DNA of 64,000 nt from Hydrolagus colliei (GCA_035084275.1 JAYJKW010000357.1:124001-188000); one strand, 5' to 3'; shown: positions 48,167-61,835, counted from the stretch's first letter. The notes: a model not told the origin generated them from the letters alone. Translations and numbers: made by a program.

Positions 48167-50005
48167 ATCTGTCAACAGCCTTCTGCTACAAAGTGACATC
48201 ATTGCATTGAATTAATTGCGGTCACAGAAAAGCCCTCTATTGATGATAAATGACAATACTTGGAAATTAGTTTTTCAACGGTGGAATCTGAATATAAATA
48301 TTTGGAGACTCTGAACACTGTGTGATTGCTTTCTCATTAGACGATTTCTTTTCACCAATCGCCTGATAAATTCGGACAAAAAGGCTTTTCGACTTAATGT
48401 GAATCAACTCAGTAGCAACTCATTTTGGAGAATAGTTTGAAACGTAGTTAGACATATAGGAATTACTTAGCCATAGATTACCATCAGCGTTACCAAACAG
48501 CAGAATTTGAAGTCGGAAAATTTTCCAAGTCAAAAGCCACAGCACAGAATATTATGTTAACTGGAATTAGTATGTGCTTATGGGCAGTAGATCAACAGCA
48601 AATTGTACATAGACAACGATATTGTGCATGACTAGTTTTATTGCGGGTATATTGGCCAGGATAGAGACAAATTCCCTCAGTGAATCAAGTTTCCCAAACG
48701 TTTAGTTCCGTTTCCACAACTTATTCAAATTTCCTAATAACACAATCAATTGATGTGCATACACGGTATTTCATTTGATATGAACATCAACAACACAACA
48801 CACAGCAAACGTATATTTTTAGGGTGTAGTTTACGTGGGGAGGACTTCCACTGGCACTGATATGGATAGCATTGCACGTCTGTAATCACTTTGTTTGTGA
48901 TGCTGTACTCGATATCAAACCAAGCACAGCAAGATGAATTTCTTCGCAATTTCAATGTGACGGAATGTTTGTGTACCCCTTCCACAGTAAAGGTGCACCA
49001 CAATAAATATTCAGAGCGTTCAGAAGTCGCTTCGTCGAGAAAGGCTGTACAGTATCAATGTACATTGTAAACATTTCTGATTTCGACACACTTCGACACA
49101 TTTCTACTTTTAAAAGCAAACGTCAAATTGTTTTCCAAATCAACCCCGCTGTATACTTCGCGTGTTATTAAGACTGATAAACATATTAAATATATTTGTG
49201 TACCAATATGATGGCAGTATTCATTTTAGGGTGTTTAATTTCCCTGTGACGAAGCTGAATTCGTCGCCCGTACTAAGTATCTTAATTCATACTGGAGTTT
49301 GGAGTCAAATGCTGGATTATTTAAACAGAAAACCGCCCTATAAACATTAGCGGAATATAACTTCAACGCAATATAGTCGTTGATTCAATCAAAGTTTCTC
49401 TGTATCCATCACTTTTAACCACTCCACGACAAGCGATATCCTGCCGTTATAAACATTCGTGGTGAATTCGTTTTTTTTATGTACAATAATTCTCCATTAT
49501 TTGATTTGTTGGAACCAATGTCGGGAATTATCTTAATCTGGAGACGCCACTCACCATTTCAAGCGTTTTGTGGCGTGGAGATATATTGCGTGACATGCTG
49601 CACTAAATTGCCCTCAGTTACATCACGCAATCAGCCAGCGGGAACACAACGTTTTAAGACGGAATTCTTCAGCAGATGATAGGATGAAACTCGCTTCTCT
49701 TTTCTAATATTGCTTATAGGACCCACAAATGGACGACGACAATATTTCTATTTTCATTGATATGAATTCACATCCAGTGAATCAAAATGGCAACTGAAAT
49801 TTGACCTGGTTTATATCATGACATTGCGAATCTCCTCAAACAGGTTCAACGTGTTAACTTGAATTCGGAGGCACAGGATATCTGTGCTGATCAAACAATG
49901 TCAGCCAATAACCAGGGCTGCTTTCCTTGAGAGCTTTCCCCATCTGTAAGTTTACGAAATGTTATACATTGAGTAATAGACTTCCAGCATGGAACGGAAA
50001 CAGCT

Positions 50006-50088
50006 GCTGCGATGGCTGAGTGGTTAAGGCGTTGGACTCGAAATCCAATGGGAAATTTCCCGCGCAGGTTCGAACCCTGCTCACAGCG
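50006..50088 (+). tRNA. tRNA-Ser(CGA), near intact
   Basis: TTGGA-CTCGAAA-TCCAA anticodon arm and intact A and B boxes; one C:A acceptor mismatch; T4 downstream. Confidence 0.9.
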
Positions 50089-52983
50089 ATTTTGATCATG
50101 AATCTCCTGCAGCCATCAATTGGAGACTTGATGGATGCGGGGACAGATCCGGTGAGTTTCCTTCATTTGAGCTGTTTTAGCTCGCCACATATGGTAGCAA
50201 ACTCAAAATAATTAGTAGAGATATACTCATAAAGATTACGAACACTAACTATTGCAGTATCATACAGGTACATACAAATTACTACGCTTCACAGCAGAAT
50301 ATGAATGTTGACATTTGATATGTCACCTTGTCAACACTTTGAGTTGCCTCGAAACGTTTTCAAATGATAAAATAAGATAATCTTTTCCTAAGGAGGAATA
50401 TCTGCTCAAATGTAACGAAATTATCGAAAGGCCTTTCTCCGTGGCAAAGTGTTTTTTTCACGAAATAAGACTAACTCACAAAATGTCACACTGTTTAGCA
50501 TTTCGCTAGATATGGACATGGTTGATGCACTTTAATAAGTTTGCTTTGTAATGCATGATGCATAATGATGGTCAATAATATATTCGATAATAATCGTGTT
50601 TTATTATTCTTAAAATCTTATCGATAATGTAAGTCGCTCTGTAGAGGTGACTTCCAAATGCACTTCAATGATGTTCACACCCCAGCAGTAAAACTGCTAT
50701 AATACGGATCATTTGATTGCTTGACTTGAACAGTATTTACCAAAGTGGGTGAAACGTGGTCTGGTAACCTGGCTGGCAATGGAGTGGTCAAATCACCTCA
50801 AGCAATCTCAGTGATCCAGTTCCTTAGCTTGGCGTGTTTGTAGTATTCCACAAAAATAAAATAATAAGCAGCAGGAGTGGATCAGCTAATTTCCCATTTC
50901 CCATATAATGGTTCGGGTAGCCATTGCCATGCAATCAATGGGAGCCTTGGCAGACAGTGATATGAAGGGGAAACTGCAGATTTCACACAATGTGGCCTCA
51001 AGCCGTGGCTCTTGTCTTCGCTTCAAAACTGTGCAAAATTGGAAACTTAGGAAGTGTCCCTCTGTGGAGGAAATTACGTTCCTTTCCAACAACTAAATCG
51101 TAGCTTTCGCATATTTCGGTGGGATGCATGAAATGGTTTGGTTTGGATACGTAACTTCAAGAGTTTCAAAGATGTTAACACTTAATATGTTCAACAGGTA
51201 TTTCTGAGGAAAATTCCTAATCACGTTAGGAAGCTAGCTTCGATGATTGTCGGAACCATTGTTAATTTTTATTGCTGAGTACATGCACTTAAATTTTCTA
51301 GATGTACGTGAAACTTGAACATACGTGTTTATTATCCATACAATAGCCCAATAACTTGCTCATTGGAGCAATTGCATAGAAGACCCTGGCTTCTTCAAAG
51401 CAAAATCTTACGTAGCATTTATTTTCTTCATGTCTCGCTTTACCGATAAATATGTAGGGATAATAACTCCATCAAAATATATAATTTAATCCACAACTGT
51501 TTGCCGTGCGTAACTTCCTGCGGCCCTTTGCTTATAAAATATTCGTTACATTTATTACAGTAGGTATTTTCTGAAGCACCTTGAGATGTCTCAAAGGAAA
51601 GGAAAGGAAAGGCGCTTGGTTAAATACACGGTGGGTTGCTATTATTCTCCTTTATTTTGTGAGCACATGAGATAAGCATCCGAATAAGAGCCTACGCATT
51701 AATATTAATTCTCGATACATTTGCTATAGTGCATCGTCATGCTATCTATCTTGCTATCTATATTGTGTCCTAGACGTCTCAAAACATTTGTAACGTAAAC
51801 TGACAGCATAACTCACGTGCAAGATTTGAACTCGTGCATGATTTTTCATCACAGTGCCCTGTAGCTTAGTGTTTGGACCATTAGCCTCAAACTTGATAGG
51901 TCTATAGCTGCTCGATTTCCAGCATGGCTGAACCTTGGTCAAGATTCTTTAATCTCCTTGCTTAATTATACTCCCTCAATGTAAGAAAGGATAAAAAATT
52001 CATCACTTGAATCCATGATTGATTGTGATACACTCGTGCATGATATTTACGGCCACGTTTTCCATTCAAAAATAGAGTCCATTTATTTCACAGTATATCG
52101 TCTGAAGCGCGTTGTATCGTCCAGAAGACGCCAAAAAGCGCAACGTCAAATACAAGGATTATTACTTTTATCATTGTATTTGGATTGCTACCATACACTG
52201 TTCCACTTGTATGTATTTGTGAGTCCCATAGTATGATGTTTTAATTTTTCGATGTCAATGTTGCCGGTTGATTTTAATAACAATTATTCTTTAAATAAAT
52301 TTGAAATTGTTTACAGAGTTTCCAGTGAATACAATCGCAACACACGTATAGCTAATCGGGTACTTTGTGCTTCGACTGGATAGTGTGACAGTAAGTGATC
52401 TGTTGTTCCTGGTGCATATTTAATTATTCAGCATTTTGGATTTCGTTAATGTATTTTACTGATAATATCGTGTGGCAACATATTTTCACGCGCTGATGAA
52501 ATTAATGCATGTTTTGTGGGATATTAGAACCACTGTAGTTAACCAGTTTAGTCTTGCGATCTTCTCAATGTCACAAGCCTATCATGATCTCTATGTGTCC
52601 CGGGCTCCCTGTGATTCTCAGTGTTCCTAAAAAAATCTTTCAAGCAATCCTCGTTCGCTGCCTCTGCTCCGTCCTCCAGTTTCTTGGTGCTGCACTCAAC
52701 GGTTCGATTCTGACCTAACAATCTGCCTTCAAGTTGTCTTTCAAATGCTTTTCGCCTGCTATCTACAGCGGGATACATTGTAGGGTACCTCAAAGCTCCT
52801 TTCTCTTCTCCATCATCATCCTCCTCTTGTCAATCCCATCCGACTCGGGTTCAAATTCTACATTTGTGTGGATCTCCAATTGAATTAAGGTGCAAAACTC
52901 CTTGGAGAATAATTGTTTTTCTTACGACTGAAATTCAACATAGATCAGGCATTAAATCTGCTCAGTGAAGTGTTCACTGTTGA

Positions 52984-52990
52984 TATAAAA
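52984..52990 (+). promoter_or_regulatory. Putative TATA box of GPCR gene 2
   Basis: TATAAAA in the same gttcactgt context and at similar spacing as in gene 1. Confidence 0.5.
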
Positions 52991-53080
52991 CAGGCAGAGT
53001 TTTGTACTCATGATCATTGTCTTCTTCGTGAGTTGTTTCGTGTCTATACCGAGAGGAGGCACAGTCGGTTTTCGTTGGAG

Positions 53081-53150
53081 ATGGAAATTCCGATGATACA
53101 CAGGATAAGTCGTATCTACTATCCGATTCTCGCTGCAATTGGAGTTCCTG
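53081..53150 (+). pseudogene. GPR139-like GPCR gene 2, exon 1 (MEIPMIHRISRIYYPILAAIGVP)
   Basis: 70-nt exon ending CCTG|GCAAGT, homologous to 22165-22234. Confidence 0.85.
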
Positions 53151-53429
53151 GCAAGTTGTTTGACTAATTCATTAGTTTCGTTAGTTTGCAGTAAAGTAAA
53201 GCTGCCAGTCTAATTCAACAGGAAGCACTCGCACCAAAGAATCAGAAAGTTATGTTCTCATCCCGATATCTGGACACTGACCATTACCATAGGAGAAGTG
53301 ATTTTAATAAGAAATTGGTAAGAGAGATATGAATTATCTTACAAAATGTCAAAAACTGTTACGGAAAATTTTAAAAAGAGAAAGGAATTTAATTGGATTG
53401 CTTCGGCAAAACTCTCCAAGATAAAGTTA

Positions 53430-54010
53430 TTAATTCACTACATAGGATCAAACTCTCCCCACCTCAAAACTGCTGCCATCAAACTCCTCCTCAAAACACA
53501 TTGGCTAGATACAGCAAACCCAAGCCACTACCACACTTTCTCAAACCTGTGCTTCCTCGACGAAATACTCGAACTCGTTGTTGCCAACCAAATCGGTGCT
53601 CACCTCTCCTCCCTCTCACTTTTCGAACCCCTCCAGTCCGGTTTCCGCCCCGCCCTGACCACAGTATAGAGAGTGTTTGCGAAAGCCACAAACGACGTCT
53701 TCTCTATCAATGCCCGGGACTGCATTTGCCTCCTTATGCTCCTGGACCTGTCCGCTCGTTCGATACAGTCGACCACGCCATCCTCCTCCACCGCCTGTCC
53801 TCCGTCATCTATCTCAGGAAGTGCACTCGCCTGGTTCAATCCTACTTCACCAACCGCCAGCACTACAATCTCCACAAATGGCTTTTCCTCCTCCTCTGAC
53901 ACTGTTACATGCGGGGTATCCCAACGATCCAACGTTGGTCCCCTCCTCTTCCTAATCTATATAATCTCTCCTGAAGATTATTTCCGGAGACATGGGGTGT
54001 ATTTTCTCAT
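53430..54010 (+). mobile_element. L2 reverse-transcriptase fragment in the GPCR intron
   Basis: LFEPLQSGFRP, LMLLDLSA, FDTVDHAILLHRL and GVSQRSNVGPLLFLIY. Confidence 0.8.
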
Positions 54011-54899
54011 ATATGTACTTTTTATATGTACATATAATACATTTCATATTTACACACGTGCAGCAGTAATATATGTCCATTTTGCTTACCGACACATAAC
54101 ATTTAAGAATTATATACAAATCCGATGTTTCATGTTGTGCACCTATACAAAATATCAATAATATTAGATTTACAATGTAAACTTCAGATCGTCAGTGTAA
54201 ACCTCCATCGAGATTTTCAAACAATCATATAGCCAGTGATGAGAAATCTATATCTGTGTCTTTCTATATCTTTCTCTTCCCGCACTCTTTCTCCCGCCTC
54301 TCTTTCTGTGTCTGCGTCTCTGCATCTTTCTGTCTATGTAAGCTTCTGCATCTGTTTTTCTCTCCGATTATCCCTATCCATGTATTTCTCTCTTACTGTC
54401 AGTATATACTGTACCTCGCTCTACCTGTCTGTGTGTATCGCTGTTCTCTATTTGTGACTACCTCATACTTTCCCAGTGTGTTTGATCCTGTGTATGTCAG
54501 TGTGTGTGTGTATGTGTTTGTGTTTGTGATTGTGTGCTTATCCATCTAGCTCTCTCTAAGTCTATCGCAGTTTCAACGAGTCTTTCTACTGATACTGGTT
54601 TGATGGAGACTGACAATGTCGGCTGGTAACCTCGTGCTACCCTTTTTACCTCGGTTTTACGCCGCGAATGAACTGCCTACCCGAGTAGTGACTGTTTCTT
54701 TGTGTCTCCTGTGCATAAGTACACGACACGCACCAGGTGTTCTATATAAATGCCAGTTGTTTTTGTTCATGCTTCTGTGTCTTTCGCACTCTCATTCTCT
54801 ATATCTCTCCCACTCTCTCACTCTATTTCCGTGTATCTGTGTCTACATCTGCTTGCGTTTTGCATTGTCCTGCGTGAATGTATCCGCATCTGTCTCTTA

Positions 54900-55090
54900 C
54901 TCTCTCTTTCCCTCTCTCATTCATTCTCTCACTTTCTAATCTCTCACTGTATATCCCTCTATCTCTCCACATACGTGTGTTTATCTCTCTCTCTCTATCC
55001 ATCTCTCTCTCTCTATATATCTATATATCTATGTGTGTGTGTGTTTGTGTGTGTGTGTATCTGTCTCTCTGTTTGTTAGTGTGTTGATAT
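54900..55090. repeat. (CT)n/(TA)n/(TG)n microsatellite tract
   Basis: Visible dinucleotide runs within a larger pyrimidine-rich intron segment. Confidence 0.8.
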
Positions 55091-55326
55091 TTCTGACTGT
55101 GTGTACATCTATCTGCCCCTACAAGTTTCCCAGCCTTTGAATCTCGGAGAACCAGGTGTTCCTCACCTCGCTTCGAATCCACAATATTTCGATTTGATAC
55201 GGGAGAAAGATCTGTGTAGAAGTAACCCCTCCGCCATAGATTTATTTGCTCCATATCAACAGTAGCAATATGTAAATGGAAAAAGTTGCTATACTGTGAT
55301 GCGCATTTCTCGTTCTCTCCCTGTAG

Positions 55327-56006
55327 CTAACCTATTGTCGATTGTGGTCCTCTCTCGAGGGAGGTGCGGTCTCTCCAAATGTATCACTCGCTATCTGGTG
55401 GCCATGGCAACATCAGATCTGATGGTGATTATCATATCCGTGATTTTCTATCGTATTATTCCTTTTTATTTCCGAAATCCCTTTGTGACCATCACCCTTG
55501 TGTGTCGAGTCCTGATGGTCTTGGCTGCTTCAACAACGTCACTGTCTGTCTGGTTCACTGTGGCTTTCACCTTTGACCGATACGTTGCCATCTGTTTGCA
55601 AAATCTGAAAACGATATATCGTTCAGAAAAAACATCACGTGCAGTGATACCGGTGTTGAGTGTGTTTTTCTTCGTGGCAAATATTCCCTGGGGTTTTATA
55701 GTTGAGCCAACGTACACAGTTAACAATATATCATGGGGTTGCAATCCGAAAAGAAGCTATTTTACATCTTTCACATGGGCAGCGTTTGATATGCTTAATT
55801 ACATTTTAACCCCAATTCTCCCTTTTATTCTGATTTTGCTGCTCAACGCACTGACTGTCAGGCACATATTGTTGGCCAGTCGAGCCCGCAGTAGATTGCG
55901 GGGACACAGTAACGGGGACAAGAACAGAGCTGAGAGAGACAATGACCCAGAAACACAGCGTGACAGTAATACAAGTTCCTTTAACCAATTCCAGCAATCC
56001 ACCTAA
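55327..56006 (+). pseudogene. GPR139-like GPCR gene 2, exon 2, truncated after ICL3 (no TM6 or TM7)
   Basis: tgtag acceptor; homologous to gene 1 up to ERDNDPE (~55953), then unrelated sequence and a stop at 56004-56006. Confidence 0.85.
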
Positions 56007-56731
56007 TCAATAAAAGTGAATGTGGGAAGAGAGTTGAACTCTATTTACATTAGCCATGGGATGCAAAAAGGGCAGCATCTGTTAAAACAGAACTAGACAA
56101 CAACAAGTTGCTATCTGATAGATTACAATTTTCAAAGAAAGAAGTAAATCGTCTTTAATGATCAGGCATATACTGAAGCAATTGATTACCAAATACAATA
56201 ACAAACAGGGAATGTCTAATCTAAACAAGTATAAGGCTTTCTCCCTTCTTCGGTCTGGACTATATCATACAAGTGACATTTGCTGATACCCCTACTGACC
56301 TCTGGAATTTCTAAGGGAGAGTAAGAAACAGCTAACAATGTCCAGCGGAAGCTAAGAAACAGCTTACATGGTTTCCAATTTTTAACATGGTTTCCACAGT
56401 ACTTCTCGGTGGGCAACAGGAATCACAGATCTTGGCATTGTCATTAACTTTATTTCTATTTGTCATCAATAACAACAATCACCAAATTACACTTTTTCAG
56501 CGGGTTTCACGTCGGGATGAAGTTCTCTGGCGCTGGACAGTCAGTGTTTACACTCCATACATAACGGGAAGGAATCCAGTATCACCGGTGAACAAAATAC
56601 ACTTTTGTCCATAAAAGACAGCAACCACACATGCTCACACACCACAGCGATCTGAGAATGATAACGTGAAGAACAACTGTTCTCTTTCGGTTTATTAGGT
56701 TGGTGTGTTGTCGGTAGCTAAAGTATATGTA

Positions 56732-56803
56732 AGGTTCCACCGAGATTGGAACTCGGATTGTAGGATTCAGAGTCCAGAGTGCTCACCATTACACTATGGA
56801 ACC
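56732..56803 (-). tRNA. tRNA-Gln(CTG), degraded copy
   Basis: Anticodon stem CTGGA/TCCTA has two mismatches and the T loop reads TTCCAAT. Confidence 0.8.
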
Positions 56804-57436
56804 TATGGCTCCAAAGCGATATTGTTCTGATCAATTGAATACTCAGTGGTGTCGAATCAGTAAATTGTGGGCGTGATACTTCAAGCCAGAAATACGCAGT
56901 AGATTCTTAAAGCAAGTTCTCCCAAACGGACAGAAGTAATCTTATCAGTCCAAACTGAGAGGGAGAATGGTGAGTGAATGGATCGGTGGGAATGTCAATG
57001 TATGTAGAGAAATTTATACGAGTTGTCTGCATCCTGTGAGCCTTGAGGTGAGTACGGGGCTGAGGCAGTCAGGGCGGCTGTCGTTAGATGTCTGATCGGC
57101 TGTATCACAACGAGCCCGACACCTGATTGACAGAAGGGAACAAACGGATGGCTGCGGAAAGAGCAAGGAATGCCACAATGCGGGGAGGGCACTGAGAGAA
57201 GAGAATCCAGAGGGAATATTGCCGGAGCGGGGACAGGAATGAGTGACTGGAGTACAAGCTGTCAGCTCAATATCAGGGTCTGTTGCCAAGATGCACAAAC
57301 TGGGACTGGGAGCTGGGATTAGGAGATGGGCGGTGAATGGTCAAGTCACTCAATATAGTGAAAATGAGTAACCAGATAGTTGGGCAGAGTAGCTGTTAAT
57401 CTGGATGTTAAATGGAATAAACAGATTTTAAACACA

Positions 57437-57509
57437 GGCCCTGTGGCTCAATTGGCAAAGCGTCTGTCTCGTAAACAGGAGGCCCTGGATTCAAATCACA
57501 GCAGGGCCT
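57437..57509 (+). tRNA. tRNA-Thr(CGT), probably a pseudogene
   Basis: GGCCCTG/CAGGGCC acceptor stem and CTCGTAA loop; T stem CTGGA/CACAG disrupted. Confidence 0.75.
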
Positions 57510-58683
57510 GAGTAACCTGTTCATTATTTCCGGAACTGCATACTAAAAAAACGGGAATACTGGACAACACAAAGGAAGAAACTGCAGGTTTGTGTGGCTG
57601 AGAAATTGCAGTGAAATTGTGATAGAAAAATTCTGTTTTTCACATTCCGATTGAAATCTAACCTGATGTCTGGGTTTCCTTCCATGTGGAGTACTGCGTC
57701 TATCTCTGCAGGATAGGTTGGTTTTGGTCCCAATTCTTACTTCCGGTTGGAATTTAGTTGGGGTGAGGGCCTCTTGAACTCTGTGAACCCTTTTCACCCG
57801 ACCACTTGAGCTATGTTACCGTAAAAGTTTGATAATATCACTTTGTAGCAAGGAACATCCATTGTTTGCTACGCAAAAGCAGCGGGCGTTTGCTGTTCTA
57901 TATCTGAGAAACAAACAACGAGCAGTGAGTAAAGACATAGACCAATCTGTGATAGATTATCATCAGCCGAACGAAGAGTGACTTGTCATCACATTTTATT
58001 GAAACTGCCTATTATGTGTACACGTGGCTGATATAGTATCTAAGTTCTTTCCAAAAATTGTACTAAACATGTGGAAATTATCGTTAGTTTTTTATTCCAG
58101 ATTCAGTTTTCTGCCTTATATGTCTGCAATGTTTGTGAGAATGTTTGTGTACCACTGTTTTGCGCAATTAGCAGCAGAGCTTCCCTCACAAATATTCAGT
58201 TATTTCACTTTAGGGTTTATTTGAGCCGTCAGGAAAACCTGATTTATTTTTATATTCTAATTTAGCGAAGATTCATGCACAATGTCTACAAAACTGTTCA
58301 AACCGATAACACCAAGGCTGACTAACTCACGTTCTACACAATTTGGTGTGTTAACGTCCACCTTCAAACACTTTCTAATCATACCGAAATATATCCCAAT
58401 GTGAATCCCTTGGGTTTTGGTATCATAATATGGTGCTCATATGATAGGAGTCTATTCTAATAGTTCCAATTCCTTTCACAATGTTTGACATTCACATATA
58501 ACCAAATAATTAAATCCGTTTTTCTGCTTGTTTGCAATTGAACAAAATAAAATATTCTTCAATTCAGGAAATGAAATAGTATTTGTGTTTGCTTTCATAT
58601 TTGTTTCATTATTGTTGAATTGGATGGAGCCAGTAAACAAATTTAGCTGAGCTATCACCAAAGAGGTCAAAACACTTTAAATC

Positions 58684-58766
58684 TGTCACAAGTGGGATTC
58701 GAACCCACGCCTCCAATGGAGACTGCGACCTGAACGCAGCGCCTTAGACCGCTCGGCCATCCTGAC
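58684..58766 (-). tRNA. tRNA-Leu(CAG), near intact
   Basis: Canonical D, anticodon and T arms; a single G5:G68 acceptor mismatch. Confidence 0.9.
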
Positions 58767-61563
58767 ACAAGCATTCAATTGTTCCCATTGAAGGACTACA
58801 GCTGATTAGAACAATAATGCTTCGTTGGATCAACAACACTTGGAAAATACTGGAAAGGTGGGGGAGAAGGGAGCAGTTCTTGTTTCTGTTCACAATAAAT
58901 TAACCAACTCGTTGAGAATAGATTTTAACTTCGATGATAGCCATCGCCCAGTTGCCCAAATTTGCTTTCTCGTCATATGGAAACTCACATTAACCCTCAC
59001 CTGGACACAACGGTTAAAACGGGTTTAGTTGATTCTTTGGATGGAAGATAACCTACAATATATGAATAAGCATCACTTGAGGCAGCTTATTGTCTGCGGC
59101 GTGGAAGTATCCAGGAATGGTCTTGAATGGTTGAAAATAGATCTATTTCCACACCTTTACCGCAAAAGCTCAGCTGCGTCAATATTTGCTTTGTGCATTA
59201 TGTAGCTGAACATAAATTGAGTGTAAGAAAGTAAAGTATTGTCTTTTATCACAACCCTGGACAGGAATATTGCAAATAATACCCGCTACAAAACAATAAT
59301 ATTTGTTTATGTCTTCTGTGCCTCAAAGCGCTTCAAAAACTATTGCTGAACTGAACTGAAAGTATTATATCCAAGCTTGTAGGTGACACAAAGACACCTG
59401 GGTGAGTAACGTAAATGAGAGTAGGAATGCACAAAGGGACTGAGTAGCATTGATTGAGCGCGCAAAGTTGTGGTGGAAGGGGTTCATTGTATGGAGGTGC
59501 GATGTTATCCACTGTAGACCGAAAAACTACATGGCACAATATTTTCGTCATGGAGAACAAAGCTACTCCTCCTGCTGGGGAGATGCGAAACAAGCGGTCA
59601 CAGTCTTAAAATTATATCAAGGCTATTTCTAGTGTGGAATCAGGAAGCATTTTTCCACTCGATTGTAAAACTCTAGAATTCTCTCCATCAAAATGTCGTG
59701 GATGCTGGATCTATCCGCATCTTCAAGAAATTGCATGATAGATTTTTGATATGTCTGACGTATTTTTGGATACGTGGGGAAAGCTAGCAATTGGAATTGA
59801 AATGATTAGTGGAGATATATCGTGGAATCCGGGAGCTGAGTGATTAGAGCTGTTACATTACAAGGATCAGACATGTGTTTCAATCCAGGTCGGTCAGGGT
59901 GAAACCTTGGGCAAGTTTCTTAACTACACACGCTTAATAATAACAGCTGAAATAAAAAAAAACAATAAAATAGGTCATTTGAATCTACGACTGTTTGTGG
60001 GACAATGCTGCGCGCAACTGGCTGCCACGTTTCGCCCACAAATATACAGTCAACTCCCTTCACATATATATTCGATATATATATACATTCGATCAACAAA
60101 AGTAACAATAATGTTACATTTCGAGAGCTCCTTTCACGTCGGGAAGGCCCTGAACACAGACAATGATAAGATGTGGAAAGTGTTATATCAAATGCAAGGG
60201 TTATTATTATTAACTATTATTTATTATTATATAGCTCTTCACATCTGAGGTTTTCCGAAGTGATTTGAAACGAGATCGCTGGATTCGGAGCACAGAGTCC
60301 TCAACAGCAGATTACATTTGTATAGCAGCGCAACCTCGAAGCCAAAGCAGAGTGCTGTACAGCTTTTTATTCACTCCAAGTTCTCATCAGTTTGTTAGTA
60401 ACCGATTATGCGTGTCTGCGTTTACACACAGCGACGTAGCAGTGCAAAGCAACACTAGGTTACACTAGTGGTCAGAATTATTTTGATGGTAATTTATTAA
60501 TTCTAATATTGACCTTAGGAAATACAGAAACTGTCAGATATTGCCAAAATTAAAAGAAGTGAAACTCAGGACAGCAGCCATGAGATAGAACGTTCTCCAA
60601 CTTCAAGCTATTGCTTTCCTAACTAAGGTATTTCATTGCCAATAAAATCGATTGATATAGATCACGTTTCAGTCAAGGCACTGATTTATTATGAAGCTCT
60701 TAATTATTTTTGAAAAAAACAATCGCTTTTAGGATTCTATAAATTATTGTAATTACAAAAAAAAACGTATTTGATTTGAACGTCTACCGATTAATAGTCA
60801 CCTGTTTATCTAATAGTGGGTGTTGAACTGGATCCACCCAAACGCAGACCCAGATTCTTCCATCAGCCTCTGATGGACATCTTCCGTCACTGAGGTCTAA
60901 CAGTTGAGTTCACCAACTCCATTCCTAATGCAGGCATCTGTTTCACTCAGCTTCAGCTGCTGAATCCGGGGCTTCTTGTGAAGGTTTTCACAAACAGCCA
61001 AAAAGCCCTTCACACAACATACCGTTAGATGAATTGACCATGTAGTTTGTGGATGAAACGGGACAGCCAATTGCCCACCGCAGTGTTTCCGGAACCCGAC
61101 GAGGATTCAGAAACGATTTGTTTTGATACATAACCATGTGAGCCAACAAATAGTACAGATGCCCGACATGTTTCCAATCAGTGATCAAGAAATCCATTGT
61201 ACACGCTTCCAGAAATTCTTCACCTTGGGGCGAGCATAACATCAACAACAGTAAAAGCAAAAACAAAACAAGTACTTTTTATTGTGCCTTTCACGTCACG
61301 GAGACATCCCACGACGTTGAAAAATCAACTACGACCGGGAAGCCAAGTCTGTGAGACGATCAGACAAAACCATAATAATAAATAATAATCCTTGGATTTA
61401 ATGGAGCGCTATACTGTCTTCTAGACGTCTCAAACAGCTTCACAGAATATACTGTAAAGTGAGCTGACTGTAAATGTGTAGGCTAACTGGATTATGAATA
61501 AAATCAGAATCAAAAAAGCACAAGCTTATAGTTGGCAACAAAGGAACACGTTCCTGATGCTAG

Positions 61564-61643
61564 TGACCACGGCAGGACTCGAACCTGCAATCTTCTGATA
61601 GCTTTGATATTCACCGAAGTCAGACGCCTTATGCCACGCGGTT
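61564..61643 (-). pseudogene. tRNA-Arg(TCG)-derived gene with a 14-nt intron (61600-61613) and a D-loop deletion
   Basis: Minus strand AACCGCGTGGC-ATAAGGCGTCTGACTTCGG[tgaatatcaaagct]ATCAGAAGATTGCAGGTTCGAGTCCTGCCGTGGTCA. Confidence 0.8.
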
Positions 61644-61835
61644 CACATAATGCACAGAATTGTCAATCTGACCTTCGATTTAGCGAAATTGTGTGTAATT
61701 TGATGTAGTCGCCTTGTTTTTCCGATACTTAGAGAAAAATTAAATCAAGTGGGAAACATAACAATGTTGTAATTGTATTTGGATTTAGCACCAAATAGCT
61801 TGTAATTAAATTATAGCAATCATATACATCTCAGC

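Larger units (their letters stand above)
56400..60745 (-). repeat. Segmental duplication, right arm (inverted copy of 38595-43306)
   Basis: Reverse-complement match; lacks ~410 bp of the CR1 fragment (39757-40170 in the left arm). Confidence 0.92.

Noticed and set aside
52380-52470. VTVSDLLFLVHI as a third GPCR TM2 remnant
   Set aside because: Too short, with no flanking TM3 or DRY similarity.
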